From assembly GCA_002762735.1 (NCBI GenBank), contig PCVV01000009.1:1-48060 (forward strand): a DNA stretch of 48,060 bases. The letters are read 5' to 3'. The stretch comes from Candidatus Pacearchaeota archaeon CG11_big_fil_rev_8_21_14_0_20_30_13. Its GTDB lineage: Archaea > Nanobdellota > Nanobdellia > Pacearchaeales > GW2011-AR1. Made by a program: the position numbers and the translations under genes. This document shows positions 25,535-34,231 of this stretch, one piece after another. The notes beneath the pieces are model-generated. The model had not been told where the DNA came from. It saw only the letters and a program-made list of their open reading frames with translations, and ran no database searches. The number at the start of each line of letters is the position of its first letter. The first letter of the stretch is position 1.

Positions 25535-26968
25535 ATGAAAAATTTTATTAAAGAAAACAAAATTATAATTTCTATTTTTCTTTTAGCCCTATCAATAAGA
25601 ATTTTATTTGTTTTTGTGATGCCGGTAAAATTATGAGACGAAACCGTTTATACTAACTTAGGATATGACTTATCCAAAAATCTTTTTCAATATTCTTTCA
25701 CCCATGGATGGAGTGATTTTATTCCTGGAGGATTATATCCCAATGCAGGATTCAGAGCACCATTATTGTCTTATCTTCTTTCTGCGTTTTATTTTTTAAA
25801 ATTAAAAGTTTTAATTAATTTTATAATGCCTCTTATAGGTGCATTGAGTGTGATTATATTATACTTACTGGGAAAAGAAATTTTTAATAAAAAAGTTGGA
25901 TTAATCTCTTCTTTGATTTTCGCGTTCATTCCTCTTCATGTTTTTTATAGTGGAAGAATTTTGACTGATGTTCTTTTTACCTTTTTTGTTTTACTCACCT
26001 TCTTGAGTTTTTGGAAAGGAGATGAAAAAGGAAATAAAAATCAAAGAATCTTATTTGGAATTTTCTTAGCTTTGGCACTCTTATCAAGATATACTGCATT
26101 ATGGATAATTCCTGTCTTTTTTATTTATTTATTAATAAAAAATAAATCTTTTAAATTTTTAAAAGAGCGGAACCTTTGGATTTCTATTCTTGCTTTTTTT
26201 ATAACTTTAACCCCATGGTTAGTCTATGGAATTCTCGAATATGGAAATCCTTTAGGAGCATTTATTCATGGAGCAAAAGCCGCAGCATACTGGGGTGGAA
26301 CACAAGGTTGGACTTTCTTTTTTAGTCATTGGTGGAACATGTTTTCTATTATTGGATTTATTTTTAGTGGAGCGATAATTTGGATTTTTTATAAAAAAGA
26401 ATACCCCAAAAAGAAAATTTATTTGCTTCTGATTTGGTTTTCTTTTTTCTTAATTATGGCAATTTTCATGCCACATAAGGAAGAAAGATTTCTTTTAGCT
26501 ATTGTTCCTCCAGTTTCTTTAATCTCAGGATATTTTATTGACAAATTTAAAAGTAAGACCATTTTGATTATTTTGAGTGTGATCTTAATTCTTTTTGTTT
26601 CATTAGCAACTAATTTTTACAATACCTCTTCTCTTTACCATAATACTAACACGGAATGTTTTAAAGAAATAACATTAAAACTCCAAGAATTTCAAGGAAA
26701 CTTCATGATGGTTAGTGAAAATCCTCCTCTTTTTAGAGATTTAATAAAGCAAGAAAGTGCTTATTACCCTGACACACTCAACGAAAAAACGCTTGAAGAA
26801 ATGACAAATGAAACTAGCAAGAAAGGATATTTTATTTTTACTAAATTTAATTCTGGATTTGAGACAGAGAAATGGAAAAATCTTAAAGTGATTATGGACG
26901 AAAAATATACCTTAGAATTTGAATGCCAAAAAGATCCAGAAGTTAATTGGATTTATTCTGCAAACTAA
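25535..26968 (+). pseudogene. GT-C (PMT_2/ArnT-like, GT39/GT83-type) membrane glycosyltransferase interrupted by an in-frame TGA
   Basis: The ATG at 25535 is in frame with track ORF 25766..26968 (231 nt apart). The single interruption is TGA at 25634..25636, within MPVKL-*-DETVYTNLGYDL. Multi-TM body with RAPLLSYL, GRILTDV and HKEERFLLAIVPP motifs typical of ArnT/PMT_2-like enzymes. Confidence 0.7.
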
Positions 26969-26990
26969 AAAGCTTAAATTTGAACCCTAA

Positions 26991-27003
26991 AGTTTTATAA
27001 ACC
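26991..27003 (+). promoter_or_regulatory. BRE/TATA-like promoter of the L1-L10-L12 operon
   Basis: AGTTTTATAAACC lies 93 nt upstream of the L1 ATG and is identical to the element upstream of L3. Confidence 0.5.
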
Positions 27004-27031
27004 TAATATTTCTTTAATTTTTATCCGAGTA

Positions 27032-27079
27032 ACTACATCATTCAATCCCGCATTCTGTGGATTTTGAATGCATACTGTA
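27032..27079 (+). promoter_or_regulatory. imperfect hairpin in the L1 operon 5' leader (candidate autoregulatory site)
   Basis: CTACA(27032-36)/TGTAG(27075-79) and CATTCAA(27038-44)/TTGAATG(27063-69) pair around an inner TCC/GGA stem. In some archaea L1 represses its own operon through an rRNA-mimicking mRNA site. Confidence 0.3.
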
Positions 27080-27095
27080 GTAGGATGGAAATGTA

Positions 27096-27725
27096 ATGGA
27101 ACTACAAGAACAATTAAAATTAGCATTAACTGAACTTAGAAAGAATGAATCTAAGAAATTTAAACAGACTGTAGATTTAATTGTAAATCTTCAAAAGTTT
27201 GAAGTTAAAAAAACTCCTCTTAATATTTTTGTTAGAATTCCTAATAAATCTAAAGATAAAAAAATTGCAGCATTTTTTGAATCTGAAAGTGAATTCATAG
27301 ACACAATCACAGAAATTGATTTTAAAAAATATAGTGATAAAAAGAAATTGAAAAACTTAGTTAAGAAATATGACTTCTTTATTGCTCAAGCAAAACTTAT
27401 GCCAAAAGTTGCAACAGTTTTTGGTAGAGTTTTAGGCCCAGCTGGAAAAATGCCTTCTCCTCAAATTGGAATTGTTCTTAACGCCGATGAAAAAGCAACC
27501 AATGAATTAAAAGAAAAGATTAATACTAGTTTGAGAATAAGGGCAAAAGAACCAAGTATAAAAGTTGCAGTGGGAAAAGAAGATATGAAAGACGAAGAAA
27601 TAATTGAAAATGTATTATCAATTTACAATGAACTTCTTAAGGCGCTTCCAAGAGATAAAGAAAATATAAAAAACATTGAATTAAAATTCACCATGACTAA
27701 ACCCATTAAAATGAAGGTAAGATAA
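27096..27725 (+). CDS. rpl1: 50S ribosomal protein L1
   Basis: 209-aa ORF. FKQTVDLIVNL ... GRVLGPAGKMPSP is typical of uL1. First gene of the conserved L1-L10-L12 order. Confidence 0.92.
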   Translation: MELQEQLKLALTELRKNESKKFKQTVDLIVNLQKFEVKKTPLNIFVRIPNKSKDKKIAAFFESESEFIDTITEIDFKKYSDKKKLKNLVKKYDFFIAQAKLMPKVATVFGRVLGPAGKMPSPQIGIVLNADEKATNELKEKINTSLRIRAKEPSIKVAVGKEDMKDEEIIENVLSIYNELLKALPRDKENIKNIELKFTMTKPIKMKVR

Positions 27726-27726
27726 A

Positions 27727-28617
27727 ATGATAAAAAAACAACATCTTGAAACGTCTAAGCATATTCCACAGGTTAAGGTTAACTCTGTGAAAGAATTAAC
27801 AGATTTGATTAAAACAAAAAAAACCATCTTAATTGCAGATATTTCTAATATTCCTGGTTCGCAATTTCAACAAATTGTAAAAAAACTTAGAGGAAAAGCT
27901 ATAGTTAAAGTCCCTAAGAAAAATTTATTTTTGAGGGCACTTGATTCTGCTAAAAAAGAAAAAGCAAAAGAATTGAAGAATTCTTTAGTAAAACCAGTTG
28001 CTTTGCTTTTTTCAGATTTGGATTCTTATGATCTTGCTTCGGAATTAATAAAAAATAAAAGCCCTTCGAAAGCAAAACCTGGTCAGATTGCTCCTAAAGA
28101 TTTGAAAATTCCTGCAGGTCCAACAGATTTAGTGCCTGGTCCAGCAATTTCAGAACTTGGTGCACTTGGAATAAAAATTCAAATCCAAGGAGGAAAAATT
28201 GAAATTAAAGAACCGAAAGTAATTGCACATGCTGGTTCTCCAATAAGTAATAGTGCCGCTGCAATGCTTTCAAAATTGGGAATCTTACCTTTCACAATTG
28301 GATTTATTCCAATATCAGCTTACGATTCTATTGAAGAAAAAATATACACTGAGATCATAATTGATAGTGAAGGAACATTGGAATCTCTCAAGTCGTCTTA
28401 TACTCAAGCACTTGCATTTGCAATTTCAATTGGACAATTCAATTCAGAAACAATAAGACTCATAATCCAAAAAGCTGCACTTCAAGAAAAAAGATTCATT
28501 AAAGTGATTAACGGTGAACATGATGAAGTTCCTGTAGTAGAAATTCAAACTCCTCTTGTGAAAAAGGAGGAGAAACACGTGAATCCAACGGAAGGACTTG
28601 CATCCCTCTTTGGGTAA
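27727..28617 (+). CDS. rpl10: 50S ribosomal protein L10 (P0)
   Basis: 296-aa ORF following L1. The C-terminal EGLASLFG tail is shared with L12/P1. Confidence 0.9.
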   Translation: MIKKQHLETSKHIPQVKVNSVKELTDLIKTKKTILIADISNIPGSQFQQIVKKLRGKAIVKVPKKNLFLRALDSAKKEKAKELKNSLVKPVALLFSDLDSYDLASELIKNKSPSKAKPGQIAPKDLKIPAGPTDLVPGPAISELGALGIKIQIQGGKIEIKEPKVIAHAGSPISNSAAAMLSKLGILPFTIGFIPISAYDSIEEKIYTEIIIDSEGTLESLKSSYTQALAFAISIGQFNSETIRLIIQKAALQEKRFIKVINGEHDEVPVVEIQTPLVKKEEKHVNPTEGLASLFG

Positions 28618-28644
28618 TTCACAATTAAATAAACGGAAAAGAAA

Positions 28645-28932
28645 ATGGAATACATATATGCGGCACTTTTGTTGCACAAACTTGGAAAAGAAGTTAGTGA
28701 AAGCACAGTGAAAAGTGTTGTTGCGGCTACAGGCACTAGTGTTGATGACTCAAAAGTCAAATCACTTGTTGCTAGCTTGAAAGGTGTGAATATCGATGCT
28801 GAATTAGCTAACGCAAGTTTAGCTTCGACAGCTACAGCAGCTCCGGCAGCTGAAGCAAAGAAAGAAGAAGCACCAAAGAAAGAAGAGAGGCATGGAGCTG
28901 CAGCAGAAGGATTGTCGGCATTATTTGGATAA
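28645..28932 (+). CDS. rpl12: 50S ribosomal protein L12 (P1 stalk protein)
   Basis: 95-aa ORF. MEYIYAALLLH start, Ala-rich hinge and EGLSALFG C-terminus. Confidence 0.9.
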   Translation: MEYIYAALLLHKLGKEVSESTVKSVVAATGTSVDDSKVKSLVASLKGVNIDAELANASLASTATAAPAAEAKKEEAPKKEERHGAAAEGLSALFG

Positions 28933-28950
28933 TTTTTTAAATTATTTTAT
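28933..28950 (+). terminator. oligo-T tract after L12 (candidate archaeal terminator)
   Basis: TTTTTTAAATTATTTTAT lies immediately after the stop codon. Confidence 0.3.
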
Positions 28951-29065
28951 CCAGCAGGCAATCCCAACTTCTCTAGTTGGAACTTAAAAACTTTGAATGT
29001 TTCTTCTTAATAGAAGTATTCCTCTTTAGACAAATTTATAATTCTTAATTTTATAGCTTAGCTGT

Positions 29066-29138
29066 GCCTCAGTAGCTCAGTTGGCAGAGTATTTGCTTCG
29101 TAAGCAAAGGGTCGGGGGTTCGACTCCCCCCTGAGGCT
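29066..29138 (+). tRNA. tRNA-Thr (anticodon CGT)
   Basis: GCCTCAGTAGCTCAGTTGGCAGAGTATTTGCTTCGTAAGCAAAGGGTCGGGGGTTCGACTCCCCCCTGAGGCT. Perfect acceptor stem, anticodon loop TTCGTAA, T-arm GGGGG-TTCGACT-CCCCC. Confidence 0.9.
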
Positions 29139-29177
29139 TTGGAATAACTATTTAAGTTTTGAAAGATTTATTTTTCT

Positions 29178-29447
29178 ATGAAAGGAAAAGTGCAATTTAA
29201 TTATCATGGGTCTCGTGTAAAATATAAATATAGTATAAATGAAAATTTATTAAAAGAAAAAAGAAACTATTTGTACTTCAATGGATTTTGGGAGATTATT
29301 AGATACACAATTGGATTTAGTAAAGAGCTTTCTGAAGCTGAAATTCTTTTTAATAAGGAGTTCTTAGAAGGGGAAAAAATTGTAGTTGAAAAATTAATTT
29401 TGAAATTAAAACCTAAAATTAAAAATATTGAAAACAAATTTTTATAA
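29178..29447 (+). CDS. hypothetical protein
   Basis: 89-aa ORF. No motif recognised. Confidence 0.4.
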   Translation: MKGKVQFNYHGSRVKYKYSINENLLKEKRNYLYFNGFWEIIRYTIGFSKELSEAEILFNKEFLEGEKIVVEKLILKLKPKIKNIENKFL

Positions 29448-29508
29448 TTCTTTAAATTGGATTCTTAAGCACAGAAATTCTTTTAAAAGAAAACCTCTTA
29501 TTTATTAT

Positions 29509-29757
29509 ATGAGAAAAATTGGATTGAACTATCTCCCTGGAGGAGGAATGAATTATCGAATTTATCAAGATTTTAAACAAGAAAATGATCAAAAAGAACT
29601 TTTCATTTCGAAAGAATTTAAAAATTTAATAAAATATTTTTTAATCAACAAAGAGAATTTCCTTTTAGAAGAAATTACCTTTTCAAATAATTTTAACAGA
29701 GATGAAAAAGAGACTCTCAAAAGTTTGCTGACTATATTGGAAAAATCTAAAGACTGA
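29509..29757 (+). CDS. hypothetical protein
   Basis: The track ORF starts at a TTG (29428) that overlaps the previous ORF. The first ATG is at 29509 (MRKIGLNYLPGGG...). No motif recognised. Confidence 0.35.
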   Translation: MRKIGLNYLPGGGMNYRIYQDFKQENDQKELFISKEFKNLIKYFLINKENFLLEEITFSNNFNRDEKETLKSLLTILEKSKD

Positions 29758-29771
29758 AAATTAATCTACAA

Positions 29772-29783
29772 ACTTTTATAACC
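29772..29783 (+). promoter_or_regulatory. TATA-like element about 25 nt upstream of the helicase ATG (leaderless-type spacing)
   Basis: ACTTTTATAACC, with the ATG at 29805. Confidence 0.4.
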
Positions 29784-29804
29784 TACTCCTAATTTCCTTT
29801 ATTC

Positions 29805-31739
29805 ATGGCTTGGGGATTATATAAAAACCAGAAATTTTTGAAACCACTTTGCTTTTCTAATGGTAAAACCCAAGAAGATGTTGTAAAAGAAGTTTTGAAT
29901 TTAATTAACAACGGGAAAAAGATCATTTTTGTCCACGGAGTTTGCGGAACAGGAAAATCTGCAATTGCCCTTAATCTTGCAAACGAACTTGGAAAATCTT
30001 CAATTGTTGTACCTGGAAAAAATTTACAAGCCCAATATAAAAGAGATTATGAAGGAGAGAAATATCTTTTGAAAAAAAATGGGGAGAGGTTAAAAATAAG
30101 TGTGATTACTGGAAGAAATAACCACAAATGTAAATTTTTGGAAGACAATGTACATGCAATTCCGAAAATAAGAAGAGAGATAAATTCTAAACTTAATGAT
30201 ATCTTTTCTGGAGTTTCTCTAGAGATAAAAGAAAAAGAAGATGATATTTATGCAAGCAATCCTGAACTCCCTTGCAACATTGAAATGCGTGAAAAAAATT
30301 GGTTAAAAATAAAAAAGTATATCGGAGAAAATAAAAAAGTTAATCCCAAAAACTTTTCTTCTGTACAAGATGCCAAACGAATGAGTGTTGCACCTGCCTG
30401 CCCGTATTGGAGTCCAGTTTTGCCAGAAAAATATGAAATAAAAAGTCTTGGAGAAACAAAAAAAAGGAAATATGAGGGATTAGATGGAAACATTTTTGTA
30501 CAATATAAAAGAAAGGCGGGATGCCCATTTTATGAGCAATTTGATTTTTACATCGATTCTGATGTAATTGTCTTTAATTCTTTAAAGTATAAACTTGAAA
30601 CTGCACTTCTTAGAAAACCAAAAACCGAAGTTGAGATTATAGATGAATGCGACGAATTCTTAGATAGTTTTTCTAATGAAAGAACTATCAATTTAGACCG
30701 ACTTAACAATTCTCTAGTTCATACCCTTGGAGCTGGCGAAGGAGATCAAGATAAAGTTGAAGAATTGTTTGAATTAATTAAACATCTTGAAAAAGATGAT
30801 CGAGTAAATAATGCTTCCATTAATGGAGAGATTATTCCCCTAAAGTCTACTGGAATTTATGATATATTAAAAGTTTTCTTGAAAAAAGAATGGTTAGAAA
30901 ATATTGACGACGAAAGTTATTTAATAGAGATTTCCGAGACTGCAAGAATGTTTGAGGAATTTATGGATGAAAGCTATACTACCTTTGAAAGGAAAGAAAA
31001 AGGACTTTTTGTGAATATTGTTACCACAAATTTAGCTAAAAAATTAATTCAATTAATAGAGAAAAATAAAATTCTTGTTCTTATGTCTGGAACACTTCAC
31101 TCTAAAAAAGTTTTAGAAGAAATTTTTGGATTAAAAGACTTTGAGATTGTTGATGCTGAAACAGAAAGCCAAGGAAGAGTTGAAATAAAAAAAACGGGTC
31201 TTGAAATGGATTGCAAATATTCAAATTTTTCAAACGAAAAATTTACTAGAGGAGATTATCTTCTTTCACTTGATAAATGTATTAAAGAAGCTCCACGTCC
31301 AACGCTCGTTCATGTAAATGCATTTCTAGATCTCCCAAGTGAATTTGAAATAAAAGAATATAACCTTAAAAATTTAGTTCCTAGAGAAAAAGTAAGAGAA
31401 ATGCAAATTCAAGATAAGAAAGGAAAACTTACTAGAGAATTTAAAGAAGGAATAAACGAAATTTTGTTTTCTACAAGAGATTCTAGAGGAATTGATTTTC
31501 CCGGAAATGAATGTCGTTCAATTGTATTCACAAAATATCCTAATCCTAATGTTAAAAATCCGTTTTGGAAAATTTTAATGAAGAACAAACCAAATCACTA
31601 TTGGGACTTTTACAAAGATAAAGCCAGAAGAGAATTTTTACAAAAAATTTACAGAGGATTGAGATTTAAAGAAGACCATATTTATCTTCTAAGTCCAGAT
31701 ATAAGAGTTTTAGAGATGGCTAAAACTGAATTTAGTTAA
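29805..31739 (+). CDS. XPD/Rad3-family (DEAD_2) SF2 DNA helicase, divergent, with a four-Cys FeS-type insert
   Basis: 644-aa ORF. Motifs: HGVCGTGKS (motif I), TGRNNHKC, LPC, PACPYW and AGCPFYEQF (Cys ligand candidates), SDVIVFNSLKY, IIDECDEF (motif II), LMSGTL (III), STRDSRGIDFPGNECRSIVF (V), QKIYRGLRFKED (VI). Confidence 0.7.
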   Translation: MAWGLYKNQKFLKPLCFSNGKTQEDVVKEVLNLINNGKKIIFVHGVCGTGKSAIALNLANELGKSSIVVPGKNLQAQYKRDYEGEKYLLKKNGERLKISVITGRNNHKCKFLEDNVHAIPKIRREINSKLNDIFSGVSLEIKEKEDDIYASNPELPCNIEMREKNWLKIKKYIGENKKVNPKNFSSVQDAKRMSVAPACPYWSPVLPEKYEIKSLGETKKRKYEGLDGNIFVQYKRKAGCPFYEQFDFYIDSDVIVFNSLKYKLETALLRKPKTEVEIIDECDEFLDSFSNERTINLDRLNNSLVHTLGAGEGDQDKVEELFELIKHLEKDDRVNNASINGEIIPLKSTGIYDILKVFLKKEWLENIDDESYLIEISETARMFEEFMDESYTTFERKEKGLFVNIVTTNLAKKLIQLIEKNKILVLMSGTLHSKKVLEEIFGLKDFEIVDAETESQGRVEIKKTGLEMDCKYSNFSNEKFTRGDYLLSLDKCIKEAPRPTLVHVNAFLDLPSEFEIKEYNLKNLVPREKVREMQIQDKKGKLTREFKEGINEILFSTRDSRGIDFPGNECRSIVFTKYPNPNVKNPFWKILMKNKPNHYWDFYKDKARREFLQKIYRGLRFKEDHIYLLSPDIRVLEMAKTEFS

Positions 31740-32182
31740 TTCCATAAACTATCATAAAAATTTTTGTATGCTTTTTCAAAACTTTCTTTGCTTCTACCTT
31801 CGCAGATTAAAGGATTAATCTTTGAACTTTTATTTTTTCCATTAAGTTTTCTCATTTCCTCATCTTGAATCTTTAAGCTTACAATGTAATCTCCTAATTC
31901 TCCTAAATATCCTAATAAAAGTTCTGTTTGAAAAATACTCTCTTCAATTTTTTTTCCTTTTTCTAAAGTTTTTAGAATGTATTCATTTACTTCTAAACTG
32001 CTCAAATTGGGAACTTTTATTTCATAATACTTTTGAAATGTTTGTAAAGCGTCCTTAATCGAATGATCTTGAAAAGAAGCCCCAATCTTTAAATTTCCTT
32101 CGAGTAAAATCCATAATCTTCCTATAGCAAATCTTATTCCTAAAGAAACTCCCTCTTTAGATAGCTTTTCTAAATCTTGCAT
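31736..32182 (-). CDS. hypothetical protein
   Basis: 148-aa ORF convergent with the helicase; the stop codons overlap (TTAA). No motif recognised. Confidence 0.5.
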   Translation of the reverse strand: MQDLEKLSKEGVSLGIRFAIGRLWILLEGNLKIGASFQDHSIKDALQTFQKYYEIKVPNLSSLEVNEYILKTLEKGKKIEESIFQTELLLGYLGELGDYIVSLKIQDEEMRKLNGKNKSSKINPLICEGRSKESFEKAYKNFYDSLWN

Positions 32183-32242
32183 TCCTATTAAAAATATTTA
32201 TTGTTTATAAGAATTGTTGCAAAGAAAGATATTAAAAGAAAA

Positions 32243-32322
32243 CGCCCCCGCCAGGAATCGAACCTGGAAGCCCAAAGGGCCCGGATCTCAAGTCCGGTGC
32301 ACTACCATTATGCGACAGAGGC
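32243..32322 (-). tRNA. tRNA-Ser (anticodon TGA)
   Basis: Reverse complement: GCCTCTGTCGCATAATGGTAGTGCACCGGACTTGAGATCCGGGCCCTTTGGGCTTCCAGGTTCGATTCCTGGCGGGGGCG. The acceptor stem has two G-U pairs, the anticodon loop is CTTGAGA, there is a long variable arm GCCC-TTT-GGGC, and the T-arm is CCAGG-TTCGATT-CCTGG. Confidence 0.85.
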
Positions 32323-32380
32323 AACTATTATTAATATTTAAGTGCCAAGAGTAGTTTTAAAGATTTCGTTTTAAAATTTC

Positions 32381-32668
32381 TTAACCTTTAAAGAAAAATT
32401 TTATTTTCTTCCAAAATTTAGAATGACCTAATTTAAGAAGATTATTCTTTTCATCAAAAAACTCATATTTGATTACTGGCTTTTCTCTTAATACTGGAGC
32501 AGTCTCTGCAATTTCTTTATGTGCTTGTACCACTGCCTGTTCAATTGCAGTTCTGGAATATCCTTGATTCAAAAGTGCAAATTTTAGGGAATCTTCTGGA
32601 TAATTCTTAGAAAAATTTTTTTTAAAATATTCCACAAGTTGGTTTTTATTTTCAAGTCTTCTCATCAC
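32381..32668 (-). CDS. hypothetical small protein
   Basis: 95-aa ORF downstream of the AMP phosphorylase gene. No motif recognised. Confidence 0.45.
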   Translation of the reverse strand: MMRRLENKNQLVEYFKKNFSKNYPEDSLKFALLNQGYSRTAIEQAVVQAHKEIAETAPVLREKPVIKYEFFDEKNNLLKLGHSKFWKKIKFFFKG

Positions 32669-32699
32669 TGAAAAAGGAAGTTAAAGTTTAAAAAATATT

Positions 32700-34187
32700 C
32701 TAAATGAAAGAAATTTTTATCGGTAACTTTTTGTGATAATATTTGATTGCTTCATTAAGTCTTGGTTTTGATTCTGCATAAAGAGTAAGAATTTTATCTC
32801 CTTTCTTTACTCTTTCATTAAGATGATGATAAAGATAAACTCCTGCATATTTATCTAAAGGACACCCTGCAACTTTTGCAAGATAATTTATTTCTTTATT
32901 GTTAATCCCTTTTATTCTCCCACTCTTTTCTGAGAAAAGATCATGTTTTATTTTTGAAAGATAAATCTCTTTCACCTTCCCTCCTTGAGCATTTATAATT
33001 TCTTCAAATTTTTTGTAGGCTTTTCCTGAATCTAAAATTTCTTTCGCGAGAAATTCTCCTTTTCCTGATTCAGCTTTTTTAGTTAATTCTAAAATTTTAC
33101 CCGTAAGAAAAATTGCTTTTTTCTCTAAGTCTCTTGGAAGATCTTTTTCTCTTTTTAACACCTTAATCACATCCCTCATTTCCATTGCTGGTCCAACCCC
33201 ATTCCCAATTGGTTCGTCAGTATGAGTTAAGACTACCGATATATGAACTTTAAAAAAATTAGCTAATCTCTCAAATCTTTTTTTTAATCTTTTACCTTTT
33301 TTCTTTGTAACTTTTGCCCCCTTACCATAAGGAATATCTAAAAGAATATATTTACTCCCTGCAGCAAGCTTTTTTGACATTATTGACGCTAAAAGTTGGG
33401 ATTCTGGATCTATTTTTAACATTTTTTCAACCTGAATTATTTTTGAATCTGCTGGAACCATTCCAAGAGAACCTCCCCAACTTAAACAAGCTCCAACTTT
33501 ATCTACAATTTTTTTTAATTTTTCCATAGAAAATTCCACAGGAGATAAAACTTCTATACAATCTGCAGTCCCAGCTGCACTTGTTATTGCCCTTGAGGAA
33601 GTTTTTGGAAGAATCAAACCTGAAGCTGCACAAATTGAAACAATTATAGGAGTTGTTCTATTTCCCGCAATTCCTCCGATACAATGCTTATCTACAATAT
33701 ATTTTTCTTTAAATTTCATTCTTTTCCCAGAAAAGAGAATTGCTTCAACTAAATATGTCGTTTCCTCAAAAGTCATCCCATTTTCGTACATCCCAGAAAC
33801 AAAAACTGCAATTTCAGCTTCGGAAAGAGAATTATTTACTAAATCTATTATTATTTGTCTTATCTCCTCTTTTGTTAATTTTTTTCCGGCAAGTTTCTTT
33901 TTAACAAAAGATAAACTTTCTGAAATCGGAGAAATTGAAACTTCTATATTCTCTCCTTCCCTTAATGAGAGAACTTTTTTTATTTCATCAGTAACATAAA
34001 TTTCATTTTGTTTTAAACCTCCTCCAATTATATCTAAAATAGTCGACATTTCCTTAGATTTTTTTGAAAGAGACCTAAGATTTATTCTATCTCCAGCGTG
34101 AACCCCTAAAGCTTCCGCAGTCTTTTTATTCATCATTGCGACAGGAATTCCCGCTGTCCATCGAGAAGTTTTTATTTTTAATTTCAT
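32700..34187 (-). CDS. deoA: AMP phosphorylase (thymidine phosphorylase family, archaeal DeoA type)
   Basis: Thymidine-phosphorylase core (DKHCIGGIAGNRTTPIIV, SSRAITSAAGTAD, LDIPYGKGAK) preceded by the ~80-aa N-terminal domain typical of archaeal AMP phosphorylases (MKLKIKTSRWTAGIPVAMMNKKTAEALGVHAGDRINL). I prefer the Met at 34187 over the track start at 34211. Confidence 0.85.
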   Translation of the reverse strand: MKLKIKTSRWTAGIPVAMMNKKTAEALGVHAGDRINLRSLSKKSKEMSTILDIIGGGLKQNEIYVTDEIKKVLSLREGENIEVSISPISESLSFVKKKLAGKKLTKEEIRQIIIDLVNNSLSEAEIAVFVSGMYENGMTFEETTYLVEAILFSGKRMKFKEKYIVDKHCIGGIAGNRTTPIIVSICAASGLILPKTSSRAITSAAGTADCIEVLSPVEFSMEKLKKIVDKVGACLSWGGSLGMVPADSKIIQVEKMLKIDPESQLLASIMSKKLAAGSKYILLDIPYGKGAKVTKKKGKRLKKRFERLANFFKVHISVVLTHTDEPIGNGVGPAMEMRDVIKVLKREKDLPRDLEKKAIFLTGKILELTKKAESGKGEFLAKEILDSGKAYKKFEEIINAQGGKVKEIYLSKIKHDLFSEKSGRIKGINNKEINYLAKVAGCPLDKYAGVYLYHHLNERVKKGDKILTLYAESKPRLNEAIKYYHKKLPIKISFI

Positions 34188-34231
34188 ATTCGCCTCTTTG
34201 AGATTAAGCAAAAAATTCTTTTTATATTTAA

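Noticed and set aside
25634-25636. UGA reassigned to Trp (code 4-like), suggested by TGA at a likely Trp position in the GT-C gene and two TGAs in the small ORF at 36138..36281
   Set aside because: TGA ends many conserved genes here, including L3, L4, S17, L24, L32e, L19e, S5, Nth and the 85-aa TM protein, mostly as ATGA overlaps. Long conserved proteins (RuBisCO, LysRS, CysRS, AMP phosphorylase, all r-proteins) are intact under the standard code, with Trp always TGG. An AT-rich genome using UGA=Trp would show many internal TGAs. Nonsense mutation or sequencing error is the simpler reading.
29066-32322. Integrated mobile element between tRNA-Thr and tRNA-Ser
   Set aside because: I can find no integrase, transposase or partial tRNA direct repeat, and the composition matches the rest of the window. 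I kept it only as an island-like observation.
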